A stretch of 64,000 bases of DNA from Aquirufa sp. (GCF_044377215.1 NZ_JBILJM010000010.1:13276-77275), one strand, 5' to 3'. Counted from the stretch's first letter, positions 1 through 10,688 are shown. Translations and numbers: made by a program. The notes: generated from the letters alone by a model not told the origin.

Positions 1-56
1 ATGAATTAATCAAAGTAGATACAAGAACTTATTCATACGCGGAGCGCGTCAAATAA
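1..56 (+). CDS. efp: 3' end of elongation factor P (partial, runs in from before the window)
   Basis: Frame from base 3 reads ELIKVDTRTYSYAERVK*, matching the EF-P C-terminal (I/V)DTR..Y..R motif; efp-accB-accC order is typical of Bacteroidota. Confidence 0.75.
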   Translation, partial: ELIKVDTRTYSYAERVK

Positions 57-63
57 TTTTATA

Positions 64-71
64 TACATTTG
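64..71 (+). promoter_or_regulatory. Bacteroidota sigma70 -7 box TACATTTG upstream of accB
   Basis: Exact TAnnTTTG match 35 nt before the accB ATG. Confidence 0.55.
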
Positions 72-106
72 TCAAAGTAAAAACGGTCACCTATTAACAA
101 ACCGAA

Positions 107-559
107 ATGGATACGAAAGAAATACAACGATTGTTAGATTACATCGCAAAATCTCCCTTAGCGGAAGTGAGCATTGAAACCGAGGGTTTAAAAGTTTCAG
201 TGAAAAAAAATAGCGCGGTTGCACCTGTAGTAACAGTTGCTGCTGCTCCCGCTCCAATAGCTGCAGCACCGGCGGCGGCAGCACCAGTAGCTCCGGTGGC
301 AGCACCGGTTGCCGACAACCTTTTTACAGTCAAATCCCCAATGATCGGCACATTCTACCGCGCAGCTGGTCCAGATAAAGATAATTTTGTGGAAGTTGGC
401 ACAGAAATCGCACCCGGAAAAACCTTGTGCATGATTGAAGCGATGAAATTATTCAATGAAATTGATTCAGAGATTTCTGGAAAAATCGTTCAAATTTTAG
501 TGGAAAATGCAAGCCCAGTGGAGTTTGACCAACCATTATTCGTAGTAGAAAAAGCTTAA
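107..559 (+). CDS. accB: Acetyl-CoA carboxylase biotin carboxyl carrier protein
   Basis: EAMKLFNEI biotinylation motif, SPMIGTFYR motif, Ala/Pro-rich linker. Confidence 0.96.
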   Translation: MDTKEIQRLLDYIAKSPLAEVSIETEGLKVSVKKNSAVAPVVTVAAAPAPIAAAPAAAAPVAPVAAPVADNLFTVKSPMIGTFYRAAGPDKDNFVEVGTEIAPGKTLCMIEAMKLFNEIDSEISGKIVQILVENASPVEFDQPLFVVEKA

Positions 560-618
560 TTATGAGCCTGCCGCATACCCCGTTTGGATTAAGTATGCAC
601 ACAGACAAATCAAATTAT

Positions 619-1962
619 ATGTTTAAAAAAATACTCATTGCAAATCGAGGAGAGATCGCGTTACGCATCATTCGTACCTGCAAAGAAATGGGCATCAAGA
701 CAGTTGCTGTTTTTTCAACTGCTGACCGGGAAAGTTTACATGTTCGTTTTGCCGACGAGGCCGTGTGTATCGGACCTCCGCCAAGTCGGGATTCGTACCT
801 CAGCATTCCAGCCTTAATTTCTGCGGCTGAAGTGACTGGCGCAGATGCCATTCACCCAGGCTATGGTTTCCTATCTGAAAATGCGGAGTTTTCGCGCATT
901 TGTTCCGAGCATAGCATCAAGTTTATCGGCGCATCCGCGGAAATGATCAACCAAATGGGCGACAAAGCCACGGCTAAGAATACGATGAAGAAAGCGGGTG
1001 TACCAGTCATTCCTGGTTCAGATGGCTTATTGGACACCGTTGAAGAAGCCATTGAATTAGCGAAAACAATTGTTTACCCAGTCATCATTAAGGCCACAGC
1101 CGGTGGTGGTGGTCGTGGAATGCGTATTATTCGCGAAGAATCAGAGTTTCGTAAATTATGGGACGATGCCAAAATGGAAGCAGCAGCGGCATTTGGTAAC
1201 GACGGCATGTACATGGAGAAATTCGTGGAAGAGCCACGCCACATCGAAATTCAGGTGGTAGGTGATAAATTTGGAAAAGTATGTCACCTTTCTGAGCGTG
1301 ATTGTTCGATCCAACGACGTCATCAAAAATTATGTGAAGAAACACCCTCTCCTGCACTTACAGATGAGTTGCGTACTAAAATGGGAAATGCGGCCATCGC
1401 AGGTGCAAGCGCAATCGGCTATGAAGGCGCAGGAACAATTGAATTTTTGGTAGATAAAAACGGTGATTTCTACTTCATGGAAATGAATACCCGTATCCAA
1501 GTGGAGCACCCAATTACGGAAGAAGTAACCGATTTCGATTTGATAAAGGAGCAAATTAAAGTAGCTGCTGGGATTCCGATTTCAGGACAAAATTACTTCC
1601 CGAAATTATATGCCTTAGAGTGCCGGATTAATGCGGAAGATCCAGCCAATGGATTCCGCCCTTCTCCAGGTAAAATCACGAATTTACATCTTCCTGGTGG
1701 TCATGGGGTACGTATAGACTCGCACGTATATTCAGGCTACACCATTCCACCCAACTACGACTCCATGATTGCGAAAGTGATCGTGAGTGGTCAAAGTCGG
1801 GAAGAAGTTTTGCTTCGTATGAAGCGTGCTTTACAAGAATTTGTAATCGAAGGTGTAAAAACAACAATTCCATTCCATATTAAGCTGATGGATGACCCTG
1901 GTTTTCAATCAGGTAAGTTCACGACGGCATTCATGGATACCTTCGATATGAGTGGTATCTAG
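619..1962 (+). CDS. accC: Acetyl-CoA carboxylase biotin carboxylase subunit (start refined to [14 protein letters not shown])
   Basis: [26 protein letters not shown] and [11 protein letters not shown] motifs. Confidence 0.96.
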   Translation: MFKKILIANRGEIALRIIRTCKEMGIKTVAVFSTADRESLHVRFADEAVCIGPPPSRDSYLSIPALISAAEVTGADAIHPGYGFLSENAEFSRICSEHSIKFIGASAEMINQMGDKATAKNTMKKAGVPVIPGSDGLLDTVEEAIELAKTIVYPVIIKATAGGGGRGMRIIREESEFRKLWDDAKMEAAAAFGNDGMYMEKFVEEPRHIEIQVVGDKFGKVCHLSERDCSIQRRHQKLCEETPSPALTDELRTKMGNAAIAGASAIGYEGAGTIEFLVDKNGDFYFMEMNTRIQVEHPITEEVTDFDLIKEQIKVAAGIPISGQNYFPKLYALECRINAEDPANGFRPSPGKITNLHLPGGHGVRIDSHVYSGYTIPPNYDSMIAKVIVSGQSREEVLLRMKRALQEFVIEGVKTTIPFHIKLMDDPGFQSGKFTTAFMDTFDMSGI

Positions 1963-1983
1963 TGTTTAAAAGCACTTTTGAAG

Positions 1984-2008
1984 AAGGAGGCCTCGGTCTC
2001 CTTTTTTT
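1984..2008 (+). terminator. Putative intrinsic terminator after accC
   Basis: AAGGAG/CTCCTT stem followed by a T-run. Confidence 0.6.
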
Positions 2009-2056
2009 ATTCACAAATAATTTAGAATCAGGCTTGGATATTAGTTCTTGAATTTC

Positions 2057-2064
2057 TAAATTTG
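2057..2064 (+). promoter_or_regulatory. -7 box TAAATTTG for rplM-rpsI-rpsB-tsf
   Basis: TAnnTTTG match ~115 nt upstream of the rplM start. Confidence 0.55.
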
Positions 2065-2180
2065 CACTCCCATTTTTCGATTGAATGCCCGTTTGAAAGA
2101 TAAAATAGGTCATAATCAAATCCTTAAGGCAAATTCCGTGGTCTTGGTGGAAATGATTCAACAGTTAAACATTAATACTA

Positions 2181-2624
2181 GTGGATACTTTAAGTTACAA
2201 AACGATCTCTGCCAATAAAGCTACGGTTCAAAAGGACTGGGTGGTAGTAGATGCAGAAAACCAAATTTTAGGTCGTCTTTGCTCAGAAATCGCGAAAATC
2301 ATTCGTGGTAAGCACAAGGCTTCGTATACGCCTCACGTAGATTGTGGTGATCAAGTAATTGTCATCAATGCGGAGAAAATTCGTTTGACAGGTAAGAAAA
2401 TGACTGACAAGGTTTACATCCGTCACACGGGGTATCCAGGTGGTCAGCGTTTTGCTACGCCACGCGAGGTTTTAGTTAAAAACCCACGAGGTGTTGTCGA
2501 AGCAGCCGTAAAAGGTATGTTACCTAAGAATCGTTTAGGACGTTCTTTGTTTAACAACTTATTTGTGTACGCAGGATCAGCGCATCCACATGCAGCACAG
2601 CAACCTAAAGAAATCAAGTTTTAA
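2181..2624 (+). CDS. rplM: 50S ribosomal protein L13 (GTG start)
   Basis: [27 protein letters not shown] and HTGYPGG motifs. Confidence 0.97.
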   Translation: MDTLSYKTISANKATVQKDWVVVDAENQILGRLCSEIAKIIRGKHKASYTPHVDCGDQVIVINAEKIRLTGKKMTDKVYIRHTGYPGGQRFATPREVLVKNPRGVVEAAVKGMLPKNRLGRSLFNNLFVYAGSAHPHAAQQPKEIKF

Positions 2625-2636
2625 CGGACATTTAAA

Positions 2637-3026
2637 ATGGCAGAAATAACAAGTAAAATCGGTAGAAGAAAGACGGCAGTAGCGCGTATTTCGATGACAC
2701 CAGGTAAAGGCCAAATCAAAATTAATGGCCGGACATTAACGGATTACTTCCCTTCTGAGATTCTTCAGATTGTGGTAAACCAACCGTTCGCTTTAACGAA
2801 CACGGTCGGTTCTTTTGACATTACAGCCAAAATTGATGGCGGTGGTATCAAAGGTCAGGCTGAAGCGCTTCGTATGGCGATTTCACGTGCACTTCAAACG
2901 CAAGATGCTGAATTACGTTCTCCTTTGAAAAAAGAAGGATTCTTAACGCGTGACCCTCGTATGGTTGAGCGTAAGAAACCAGGACGTGCGAAAGCTCGTA
3001 AGAGATTCCAATTCTCTAAGCGTTAA
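2637..3026 (+). CDS. rpsI: 30S ribosomal protein S9
   Basis: GRRKTAVAR and LTRDPRMVERKKPG...QFSKR motifs. Confidence 0.97.
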   Translation: MAEITSKIGRRKTAVARISMTPGKGQIKINGRTLTDYFPSEILQIVVNQPFALTNTVGSFDITAKIDGGGIKGQAEALRMAISRALQTQDAELRSPLKKEGFLTRDPRMVERKKPGRAKARKRFQFSKR

Positions 3027-3104
3027 AAAGGGTTCGTGGGAAAGGCTTGTCTGTTGCCGATGCCTTTTCCACATTTTTATTTTTCACATTCTTAAACAAC
3101 CAAA

Positions 3105-3914
3105 ATGGCACAATTAAGCTACAACGACTTGCTTGACGCAGGCGTTCACTTCGGTCACTTGACACGTAAGTGGGATCCAAAAATGGCTCCATACATCTTT
3201 ATGGAGAAAAATGGTATCCACATCATTGATCTTAACAAAACTATTTCTAGCCTTGAAGAAGCATCTGCAGCAATGCGTGCTATCGTACGTTCTGGTCGTA
3301 AGATCATGTTCGTTGCGACGAAGAAACAAGCGCAAGAAATCGTAACAACAGAGGCAGATAAATTAAAGATGCCATACGTAACTGACCGTTGGTTAGGTGG
3401 TATGTTGACAAACTTCGCGACTGTACGTAAGTCAATCAAGAAAATGTCAAGCATCGACAAGATGTTAAAAGACGAAGTTATCGTGAAAACTCTTGCGAAA
3501 CGCGAGCGTTTAATGATGACGCGTGAAGAGGAAAAATTGAAGCGTGTGTTAGGTGGTATCACCGAATTGACACGTCTACCAGCGGCATTGTTCGTGATTG
3601 ACGTGAAGCGTGAGCACATCGCTGTATCGGAAGCAAAGAAATTGGGTATCCCAGTTTTCGCTATGTGTGATACAAACTCTAATCCTGAATTAGTAGACTA
3701 CCCTATCCCAGCGAATGATGATGCGTACAAATCGATCGCAGTGATCGTAAAATCCATCAGCCAAGCGATTGAAGAAGGTTTATCTGAGCGTAAGCAAGAT
3801 AAAGACGACGCACGCATCGCAGAAGAGGAAGAAGCAAAACGTTTATTAGACGCAGATGCACAAGAAGCAGCTAAGGTAGCTGCCAAATATGAAAAAGAAG
3901 CAGAACAAGAATAA
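3105..3914 (+). CDS. rpsB: 30S ribosomal protein S2
   Basis: AGVHFGH, RWLGGMLTNF and DTNSNP..VDYPIPANDD motifs. Confidence 0.97.
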   Translation: MAQLSYNDLLDAGVHFGHLTRKWDPKMAPYIFMEKNGIHIIDLNKTISSLEEASAAMRAIVRSGRKIMFVATKKQAQEIVTTEADKLKMPYVTDRWLGGMLTNFATVRKSIKKMSSIDKMLKDEVIVKTLAKRERLMMTREEEKLKRVLGGITELTRLPAALFVIDVKREHIAVSEAKKLGIPVFAMCDTNSNPELVDYPIPANDDAYKSIAVIVKSISQAIEEGLSERKQDKDDARIAEEEEAKRLLDADAQEAAKVAAKYEKEAEQE

Positions 3915-3928
3915 CTAATATTCCAATT

Positions 3929-4762
3929 ATGTCAATTACAGCCGCAGACGTTAATAAATTACGCCAAATGACTGGCGCCGGAATGATGGATTGCAAGAAA
4001 GCTTTGACAGAAGCCGATGGCGACTTTGAAGCAGCCGTAGACATCCTACGTAAAGCAGGTCAAAAAGTAGCAGCGAAACGTGCCGACAATCAAACGAATG
4101 AAGGTGTTGTTTTAATCGCGATGAACGTTGACCATTCAAACGGTAAATTAATCGCCCTTGCATGTGAAACTGAGCCAGTTTCTAAAGTAGATGCATTCAA
4201 CGATTTAGCTAAAAATATCTTAGATGCTGCTGTGAAATCTCACGCTCCATCTGCACATGATTTATTAGCTGAGCCTTTAGCTGATGGCCGTTCTGTAGAA
4301 GGACATATCATCGACCTAACTGGTAAAATTGGTGAAAAAATCACGTTAGCAGCTTACGAAAATATCTCAGCTGAGAAAGTAGTTTCTTACATTCACTCCA
4401 ACAACAAAATTGGTGTTCTAGTAGCATTCGAAAACGTTCAAGGTGCCGATGTTCAAGAAGTAGGTAAAGATATCGCGATGCAAATCACGGCTATGAAGCC
4501 AGTTGCTTTAGACAAAGACGGCGTTGATGCTGAAACAATCGAACGCGAAATCGAGATTGGAAAAGATCAAGCACGTCAAGAAGGAAAGCCAGAAGCTATG
4601 TTGGAGAAAATCGCTGTAGGTAAATTAGAGAAGTTCTACAAAGAACAAACTTTATTGAACCAACAGTTCGTGAAAGACTCATCTATTACGATCCGTCAAT
4701 ACGTAGAATCAACGCAAAAAGGTCTTACGATCGCGTCATTCAAACGTATCGCTTTGGTATAA
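3929..4762 (+). CDS. tsf: Elongation factor Ts
   Basis: LRQMTGAGMMDCKKAL N-terminus; follows rpsB. Confidence 0.96.
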   Translation: MSITAADVNKLRQMTGAGMMDCKKALTEADGDFEAAVDILRKAGQKVAAKRADNQTNEGVVLIAMNVDHSNGKLIALACETEPVSKVDAFNDLAKNILDAAVKSHAPSAHDLLAEPLADGRSVEGHIIDLTGKIGEKITLAAYENISAEKVVSYIHSNNKIGVLVAFENVQGADVQEVGKDIAMQITAMKPVALDKDGVDAETIEREIEIGKDQARQEGKPEAMLEKIAVGKLEKFYKEQTLLNQQFVKDSSITIRQYVESTQKGLTIASFKRIALV

Positions 4763-4781
4763 TTCAGCCAATGATAAAATC

Positions 4782-4813
4782 AAAAGACCAGCCTAAATGC
4801 TGGTCTTTTTTTT
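4782..4813 (+). terminator. Intrinsic terminator after tsf
   Basis: AAAAGACCAGC/GCTGGTCTTTT perfect stem plus T-run. Confidence 0.8.
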
Positions 4814-4910
4814 GTGTAAAAAATCAATCAGATGCCGCAAATCTCGTTTGAAAAAATGACATACATTTTCTAAATTGTAACCAAATTACGTTTAGTCAAA
4901 ATCAGCGCGC

Positions 4911-6245
4911 ATGAGCCATATAGTCATTTTGGGAGGAGGAGAAAGTGGCGTTGGCGCGGCATTACTAGCCCAATCAAAAGGCTTTAGCGTTTTTCTTTCC
5001 GACCAAGGAAAACTAAAAGAACATTACCAAGATCAATTACGCAGTCAAGCCATTCCTTTCGAATCTGAAAAGCATACCGTATCCGAAATTTTAAAAGCGG
5101 ACGAAATTATCATCAGCCCGGGAATACCCGAAAAAAGCGAACTCGTACAAACAATCAAGAAACAAGGAATACCCCTCGTTTCTGAAATTGAATTCGCCGC
5201 GCGTTACACAAAAGCAAAATTGATCGCCATCACCGGAAGCAATGGTAAAACTACGACTACTCTACTCACCTACCACCTGCTCAAAGAGGCCGGATTCAAC
5301 GTAGGATTAGCAGGTAATATCGGACAAAGCTTTGCTAAACAAGTCATGGAGGATATATTCGATTATTACGTGCTCGAAATATCCAGCTTTCAATTAGATC
5401 GCTGCTTTGATTTTAAACCGGATGTGGCCGTACTCATAAACATCACGCCCGATCACCTCGATCGCTACGACTATAAATTCGAAAATTACATTCACTCCAA
5501 ATTTAGAATCTTCCAAAATGCGAACTCGCAGACCGCGTGTATCTATTGGGGAGACGACGCAGTGATTCAACAACACAAGGAATTAATTCCTGCAGCAATA
5601 GCGCACCAGCGGGTCATTCATTTTGATAAATCGTCTGGCGCAGCAAATATCACGGATGATGCGATTCAGTTTGCGTTTGGCCAGATTGAACGAGCCACTG
5701 CCCCGATTCAAGGACCACATAATGCCATCAACATGGCCGCTGCCGTTTTAGCAGCTACCGAAGCTGGCGTAGCTTGGTCGGACATTCAAGCAAATCTAGG
5801 ATCGTTTCAAAATGCACCACATAGATTAGAACCTTGCGGGAACTGGCATGGAATTCAATTCATCAATGACTCGAAAGCCACCAATGTGGACGCTGTATTC
5901 TATGCACTAAACTCCTTTCAAAAGAATTTAATTCTGATCATTGGCGGTGTAGATAAAGGCAACGAATATGACGTCCTAAACGATTTAATCAAGTCAAAAG
6001 TAAAAGGCATGATTTGCCTTGGGACAGATAATGCTAAATTAATGGCCCATTTTGGCGACCGAGTACCTCAGATCATGTCGACAGATTCGTTGGAAACTGC
6101 CGTGTCAACGAGTATGCAATGGGGCGAATCAGGCGATATCGTACTCCTCTCTCCTGCCTGCGCTAGTTTTGATTTATTTAAAAATTACGAAGACCGCGGG
6201 GATCAATTTAAGGCGACCGTTAACCGATTAACTCATGGAAGCTAG
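4911..6245 (+). CDS. murD: UDP-N-acetylmuramoyl-L-alanine--D-glutamate ligase
   Basis: ITGSNGKTTTT P-loop, NDSKATN and LLSPACASFD motifs. Confidence 0.95.
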   Translation: MSHIVILGGGESGVGAALLAQSKGFSVFLSDQGKLKEHYQDQLRSQAIPFESEKHTVSEILKADEIIISPGIPEKSELVQTIKKQGIPLVSEIEFAARYTKAKLIAITGSNGKTTTTLLTYHLLKEAGFNVGLAGNIGQSFAKQVMEDIFDYYVLEISSFQLDRCFDFKPDVAVLINITPDHLDRYDYKFENYIHSKFRIFQNANSQTACIYWGDDAVIQQHKELIPAAIAHQRVIHFDKSSGAANITDDAIQFAFGQIERATAPIQGPHNAINMAAAVLAATEAGVAWSDIQANLGSFQNAPHRLEPCGNWHGIQFINDSKATNVDAVFYALNSFQKNLILIIGGVDKGNEYDVLNDLIKSKVKGMICLGTDNAKLMAHFGDRVPQIMSTDSLETAVSTSMQWGESGDIVLLSPACASFDLFKNYEDRGDQFKATVNRLTHGS

Positions 6246-7416
6246 AATAACCAATTTTATCAAAACCCGTTTAGCAGGCGACTACCAAATTTGGTTCATC
6301 GTTTTTTTGCTCAATATTTTTGGACTACTCATTCAATTTTCTGCCAAAGGAAAAATGTTCATGGGCGGCCCTATGGTCCCCATTTTAAACATTGGGAAAT
6401 CAATATTTTTATTAGCTGGTTCCTTTGCCCTAATGTCCTGGATATCGCGCCAAAACTATTTGAAAGTCGCTAAGTACAGTAATATCTTCCTGATTTTCTC
6501 TTGGATTCTTATCCTAATTGCCTTCTTTTTCGGCGAAAACAAAGGTGGCGCGAGCCGATGGATCGACCTCGGATTTATCAGTTTTATGCCCTCAGACATG
6601 GCTAAACTTTGCTTAACCATGAGTTTAGCTAAGATATTTTCAACCCGACAGGCTGATCAAAGTTCCTATAACATCGGCGTAATCACCGTTATTTTAATCC
6701 AAATAGGCATCACTTGCTTTTTGGTTATGCTATCCAATTTCTCTACGGCAATCCTGATTTTCTTAACCAGTATTGTTCTTATGATCTTTGGCCGCGTACC
6801 CTTTAAATCCATATTCCTTATCATGGGCATCGTCGGATTTATCGCAGGCTCCGTTGTTACACTCGGTATCGGACAGCGCGCTGCCACCGTAAAAGCACGT
6901 TTGGCAACGTACGCACAAAGAACATTATCTAACACAAATGGCCTTAAAAACCTAGAGGATAAAGATGAAAACTACCAACTAAAACGAAGCTGGTACGCCA
7001 TCGCAACGGGCGCGCTTATTCCTAAAGGCCCCGGAAATAGTCAATACAGATTCATCTTATCTCAAGCAGAATCGGATTTCGTTTACGCCATTATTTTAGA
7101 GGAATATGGGCTCATTATGGGCTTGGCCATTCCACTCCTATTCTTGTGGTTTATGTGGCGAGGCTCCTCCGTTATTCGCTATAGCGGTAAACCCCTAGGT
7201 GGTCTACTATCAGCTGGTTTGACATTTTCCATTGTGATTCAAGCCTTCATTAATATGCTTGTGGCCGTAGGTGCTGGACCGGTAACGGGCCAACCGATGC
7301 CCATGATTTCTGCGGGAGGCACGTCACTTTTATTTACTGCCATTAGTATTGGCTTAATTTTATCCATCAGCCGCGACAAGGAAATGGAAACAAAAGACCT
7401 TAAATCCGTTATTTAG
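6235..7416 (+). CDS. ftsW: SEDS family peptidoglycan polymerase FtsW
   Basis: GASRWI, PSDMAK, ESDFVYAII and PVTGQPMPMISAGGTS motifs; position between murD and murG. Confidence 0.9.
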   Translation: MEARITNFIKTRLAGDYQIWFIVFLLNIFGLLIQFSAKGKMFMGGPMVPILNIGKSIFLLAGSFALMSWISRQNYLKVAKYSNIFLIFSWILILIAFFFGENKGGASRWIDLGFISFMPSDMAKLCLTMSLAKIFSTRQADQSSYNIGVITVILIQIGITCFLVMLSNFSTAILIFLTSIVLMIFGRVPFKSIFLIMGIVGFIAGSVVTLGIGQRAATVKARLATYAQRTLSNTNGLKNLEDKDENYQLKRSWYAIATGALIPKGPGNSQYRFILSQAESDFVYAIILEEYGLIMGLAIPLLFLWFMWRGSSVIRYSGKPLGGLLSAGLTFSIVIQAFINMLVAVGAGPVTGQPMPMISAGGTSLLFTAISIGLILSISRDKEMETKDLKSVI

Positions 7417-8525
7417 TGGGAATCAAACGAATCATCATTTCTGGAGGCGGAACCGGTGGACATATATATCCTGCGATCGCCATCGCAACGGCACTTAAAG
7501 ACCAAGACCCCTCTCTCGAATTTCTATTCGTGGGTGCCGAAGGCAAAATGGAAATGGAAAAAGTTCCCAAAGCTGGATTCAATATTCAAGGATTGCCTAT
7601 CGTTGGAATCAACCGCCAGCACATGGCTAAAAACCTATTGTTTCCCTTTAAGCTGATTCAAAGCTTGCGTAAAGCCTTTCAAATTATTGCCGAATTCAAA
7701 CCAGATGTGGCCATCGGTGTAGGCGGTTATGCCTCTGGACCCATGTTAATTGCCGCTTGGATCAAAGGAATTCCCTTTTACATTCAAGAACAAAATTCGT
7801 TCGCTGGCATCACTAATAAAGCACTAAGCAGCAAAGCCAAACATATTTTTGTCGCCTACCCCGGTATGGAAAAATTCTTCGGAAAAGATAAAATGACACT
7901 ATCTGGAAATCCAGTCCGCAAAGACCTTATTGACCTGACTGGGAAAAAAGAAAAAGGAGCCTCGTTTTTTGGACTAGATCCGAACAAAAAAACGATCCTG
8001 GTCATCGGCGGAAGTCAAGGCGCACGAAGCATCAATCTGGCCATCCAGCAAGGATTAGCGGATGTAGCGGAAGCAGATGTCCAACTAATCTGGCAAACGG
8101 GGGTGTCGTTCGAAAATGAGGCAAAAAAGGCCTCAGTAGCAACTAAAGGACTCAAAAGCTATGTTTCGGCATTTATTTATGAGATGGCTTTAGCGTATGC
8201 GATGGCCGACTTAGTGGTTTCCCGGGCTGGGGCGCTTAGTGTTTCTGAAATTTGTTTGGCAGGGAAACCGAGTATTTTGGTTCCTTTCCCAAATGCTTCC
8301 GAAGATCATCAAACTGAAAATGCAAAAAGCCTGGTGAATAATGGGGCTGCCCGCTTAGTCATAGATAAAGACGCACAAACTGATTTGGTTCCTACCGCAT
8401 TAAAGACATTGAAAAATACAAAAGTATTAACGGAACTGGGGCTTCAAAGCTTAGCCATGGGTAAACCATACGCAGCCAAAGAAATCGCCCAAGCCATCTT
8501 AAACGAAATGAACGCATGCGCATAA
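7416..8525 (+). CDS. murG: Undecaprenyldiphospho-muramoylpentapeptide GlcNAc transferase (GTG start)
   Basis: GGGTGGHIYP, QEQN, GNPVR, GGSQGA and SRAGA motifs. Confidence 0.96.
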   Translation: MGIKRIIISGGGTGGHIYPAIAIATALKDQDPSLEFLFVGAEGKMEMEKVPKAGFNIQGLPIVGINRQHMAKNLLFPFKLIQSLRKAFQIIAEFKPDVAIGVGGYASGPMLIAAWIKGIPFYIQEQNSFAGITNKALSSKAKHIFVAYPGMEKFFGKDKMTLSGNPVRKDLIDLTGKKEKGASFFGLDPNKKTILVIGGSQGARSINLAIQQGLADVAEADVQLIWQTGVSFENEAKKASVATKGLKSYVSAFIYEMALAYAMADLVVSRAGALSVSEICLAGKPSILVPFPNASEDHQTENAKSLVNNGAARLVIDKDAQTDLVPTALKTLKNTKVLTELGLQSLAMGKPYAAKEIAQAILNEMNACA

Positions 8526-9895
8526 ACGTTTCCATGGCCGACTTAAAACAAGTCTACTTTCTAGGCATCGGAGGTATCGGGATGTCGGCCATCGCCCGCT
8601 GGTTCTTGCACAATGGCTATCCCGTTGCTGGCTATGATAAAACCGAAAGTCAACTGACACGCACGCTGGCAAGCGAAGGAATGATTATTCACTATGAAGA
8701 TTCTGTGGACCTTATCCCCGCAATCTGCCTAACTGAACCTGATTCATGTTTATTTATTTATACTCCGGCAATCCCAGCCAACCACATTGAAAAGAATTAT
8801 TTGTTGGCCGCCAACATCCCCTTATGGAAACGTTCCCAAATTTTGGGTTGGATCACGGAACAAATGCCAACGCTTGCTGTCGCTGGTACGCATGGAAAAA
8901 CCACTACCTCATCGTTATTGACCCACTTATTGGTTCATGCGAAGCAAAATGTAACGGCATTTCTAGGTGGAATTACCCAAAATTATGGAACAAACTTCAT
9001 TCCAAATCAAGGACGTGAAAACATGGTTTGCGTGGTAGAAGCGGACGAATATGATCGCTCATTTTTGACATTGCATCCTACGGCTGCGGTCGTAACATCG
9101 ACAGATGCAGATCATTTAGACATTTATGGTGCGGCTGAACAGGTACTAGAATCGTTCCAATTATTTGTCGACCAAATCAAACCTGGTGGATTCTTTATCC
9201 AAAAATCAGGTTTGACACTCGTTTCTGATGAAAAAGATTACACCTTTGGCATTAATCAAGGGGATTATCAAGCGACAAATATTCGTATTGAAAACCACCG
9301 CATGGTGTTTGACATGCTTTACCCAGGTGGTCAAATAACGGATATTCCAATGCGCATTCCTGGCTTTCACAACATAGAAAATACGTTGGCAGCAAGTGCC
9401 TTAGCCATGCATCACGGCGTGGGTCCTGCAGATATAAAAGCAGGAATTGCGTCGTTTAAAGGTGTGAAGCGCCGCTTTGAATACCATGTGGAAACGGAAG
9501 AGCATGTAATGATTGATGATTATGCGCATCATCCCACGGAAATTAGTGCTTGTCTAACTTCAGTCAAAGCCTTATATCCAGATGAAAAAATTGTTGCTGT
9601 TTTCCAGCCACATCTTTTTTCAAGGACACGTGATTTTTTAGAAGATTTTGGTACGAGCTTGGCGATTGCTGATGAAATATTTTTGTTGGATATCTATCCA
9701 GCACGCGAATTGCCAATTCCCGGAATTACATCTGAATTGCTTTTGAGTAAAATCCCAATGGAAAAAAAGTGTGTCATTGGCAAAGAAGACTTCATTCAGC
9801 GCATGCAATCAGAAAAACCGCGATTATTAATCACGATGGGAGCAGGAGATATCGACTTACTTTTGAATGATTGTAAATTGGCCTTAACTTCGTAG
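8516..9895 (+). CDS. murC: UDP-N-acetylmuramate--L-alanine ligase (alternative start 8534)
   Basis: GIGGIGMSAIA, GTHGKTTT, EADEYDRSF and DDYAHHPTEI motifs. Confidence 0.95.
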   Translation: MRINVSMADLKQVYFLGIGGIGMSAIARWFLHNGYPVAGYDKTESQLTRTLASEGMIIHYEDSVDLIPAICLTEPDSCLFIYTPAIPANHIEKNYLLAANIPLWKRSQILGWITEQMPTLAVAGTHGKTTTSSLLTHLLVHAKQNVTAFLGGITQNYGTNFIPNQGRENMVCVVEADEYDRSFLTLHPTAAVVTSTDADHLDIYGAAEQVLESFQLFVDQIKPGGFFIQKSGLTLVSDEKDYTFGINQGDYQATNIRIENHRMVFDMLYPGGQITDIPMRIPGFHNIENTLAASALAMHHGVGPADIKAGIASFKGVKRRFEYHVETEEHVMIDDYAHHPTEISACLTSVKALYPDEKIVAVFQPHLFSRTRDFLEDFGTSLAIADEIFLLDIYPARELPIPGITSELLLSKIPMEKKCVIGKEDFIQRMQSEKPRLLITMGAGDIDLLLNDCKLALTS

Positions 9896-9896
9896 C

Positions 9897-10688
9897 ATGA
9901 GTCCCTCCACAAATTTTAAAATACAGCGTTTAAAAAAGCTCCTGAGTATTGTCATACTCATGGGATTAGCGATAGCCGCTGTCATCTATGAGGAGGTTAG
10001 TTATAATGAAATTACCTGTACTGGAATTGTAGTCAAGCTAGACTCAGAAAACGAAAAACCCCTGTTAGGCAAGCAAGACATTAACTTGATGGTCACAAAT
10101 CAGGGAAGCGATTATTTCCTAAATAAGCCATTGAATGAGATATCGTTGCATCAAATAGAGCAACGCGTAAAGCGGATCCCGCTCGTAAAATCGTGTGAAG
10201 CGCATCATGATTTTAGTGGAAAAATAATTATTTCAGTAAAAGAATATAGCCCTATTGCCCGCATTTTGCGTTTTACAACGGGTGCTTCGAATTTGCGAGA
10301 TCAGTATGTGACGCAAGAAGGCCGACTAATCGCTACGAGTGATTTGTTCACTCCGCGAATTTTGGTTGTATCTGGCCCATTCTTTAAGGATAGTCGGCGC
10401 GACCTACGTGACGAACGCGGAAAAACACTTTTACCTTTTTTTGAATTCATACATCAAGATGAATTTTGGAAAGCTCAAATCGCACAAGTTATTGTTGCCG
10501 AAGATGGCGGTATTATCATGGTGCCGACCATGGGGAAAACATATATCGACTTCGGTTTGCCGATACACATCGAGACCAAATTCAAAAAGCTAGCTTTATT
10601 TTATAAGAAAATCATCCCAAATAAAGGTTGGGATACCTACTCATGGGTACATCTAAAATATAAGAATCAGGTAATTTGTGATTATTAG
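9897..10688 (+). CDS. ftsQ: Cell division protein FtsQ, Bacteroidota type
   Basis: N-terminal TM helix, POTRA-like segment, C-terminal GWDTYSWVHLKYKNQVIC; located between murC and ftsA. Confidence 0.8.
   Translation: MSPSTNFKIQRLKKLLSIVILMGLAIAAVIYEEVSYNEITCTGIVVKLDSENEKPLLGKQDINLMVTNQGSDYFLNKPLNEISLHQIEQRVKRIPLVKSCEAHHDFSGKIIISVKEYSPIARILRFTTGASNLRDQYVTQEGRLIATSDLFTPRILVVSGPFFKDSRRDLRDERGKTLLPFFEFIHQDEFWKAQIAQVIVAEDGGIIMVPTMGKTYIDFGLPIHIETKFKKLALFYKKIIPNKGWDTYSWVHLKYKNQVICDY

Noticed and set aside
230-312. Ala/Pro repeat in accB
   Set aside because: Normal flexible linker of BCCP
562-618. N-terminal extensions given by the ORF track for accC (also 15161-15256, 31435-31464, 31476-31508)
   Set aside because: Family-typical N-termini and promoter-box positions favour the downstream starts
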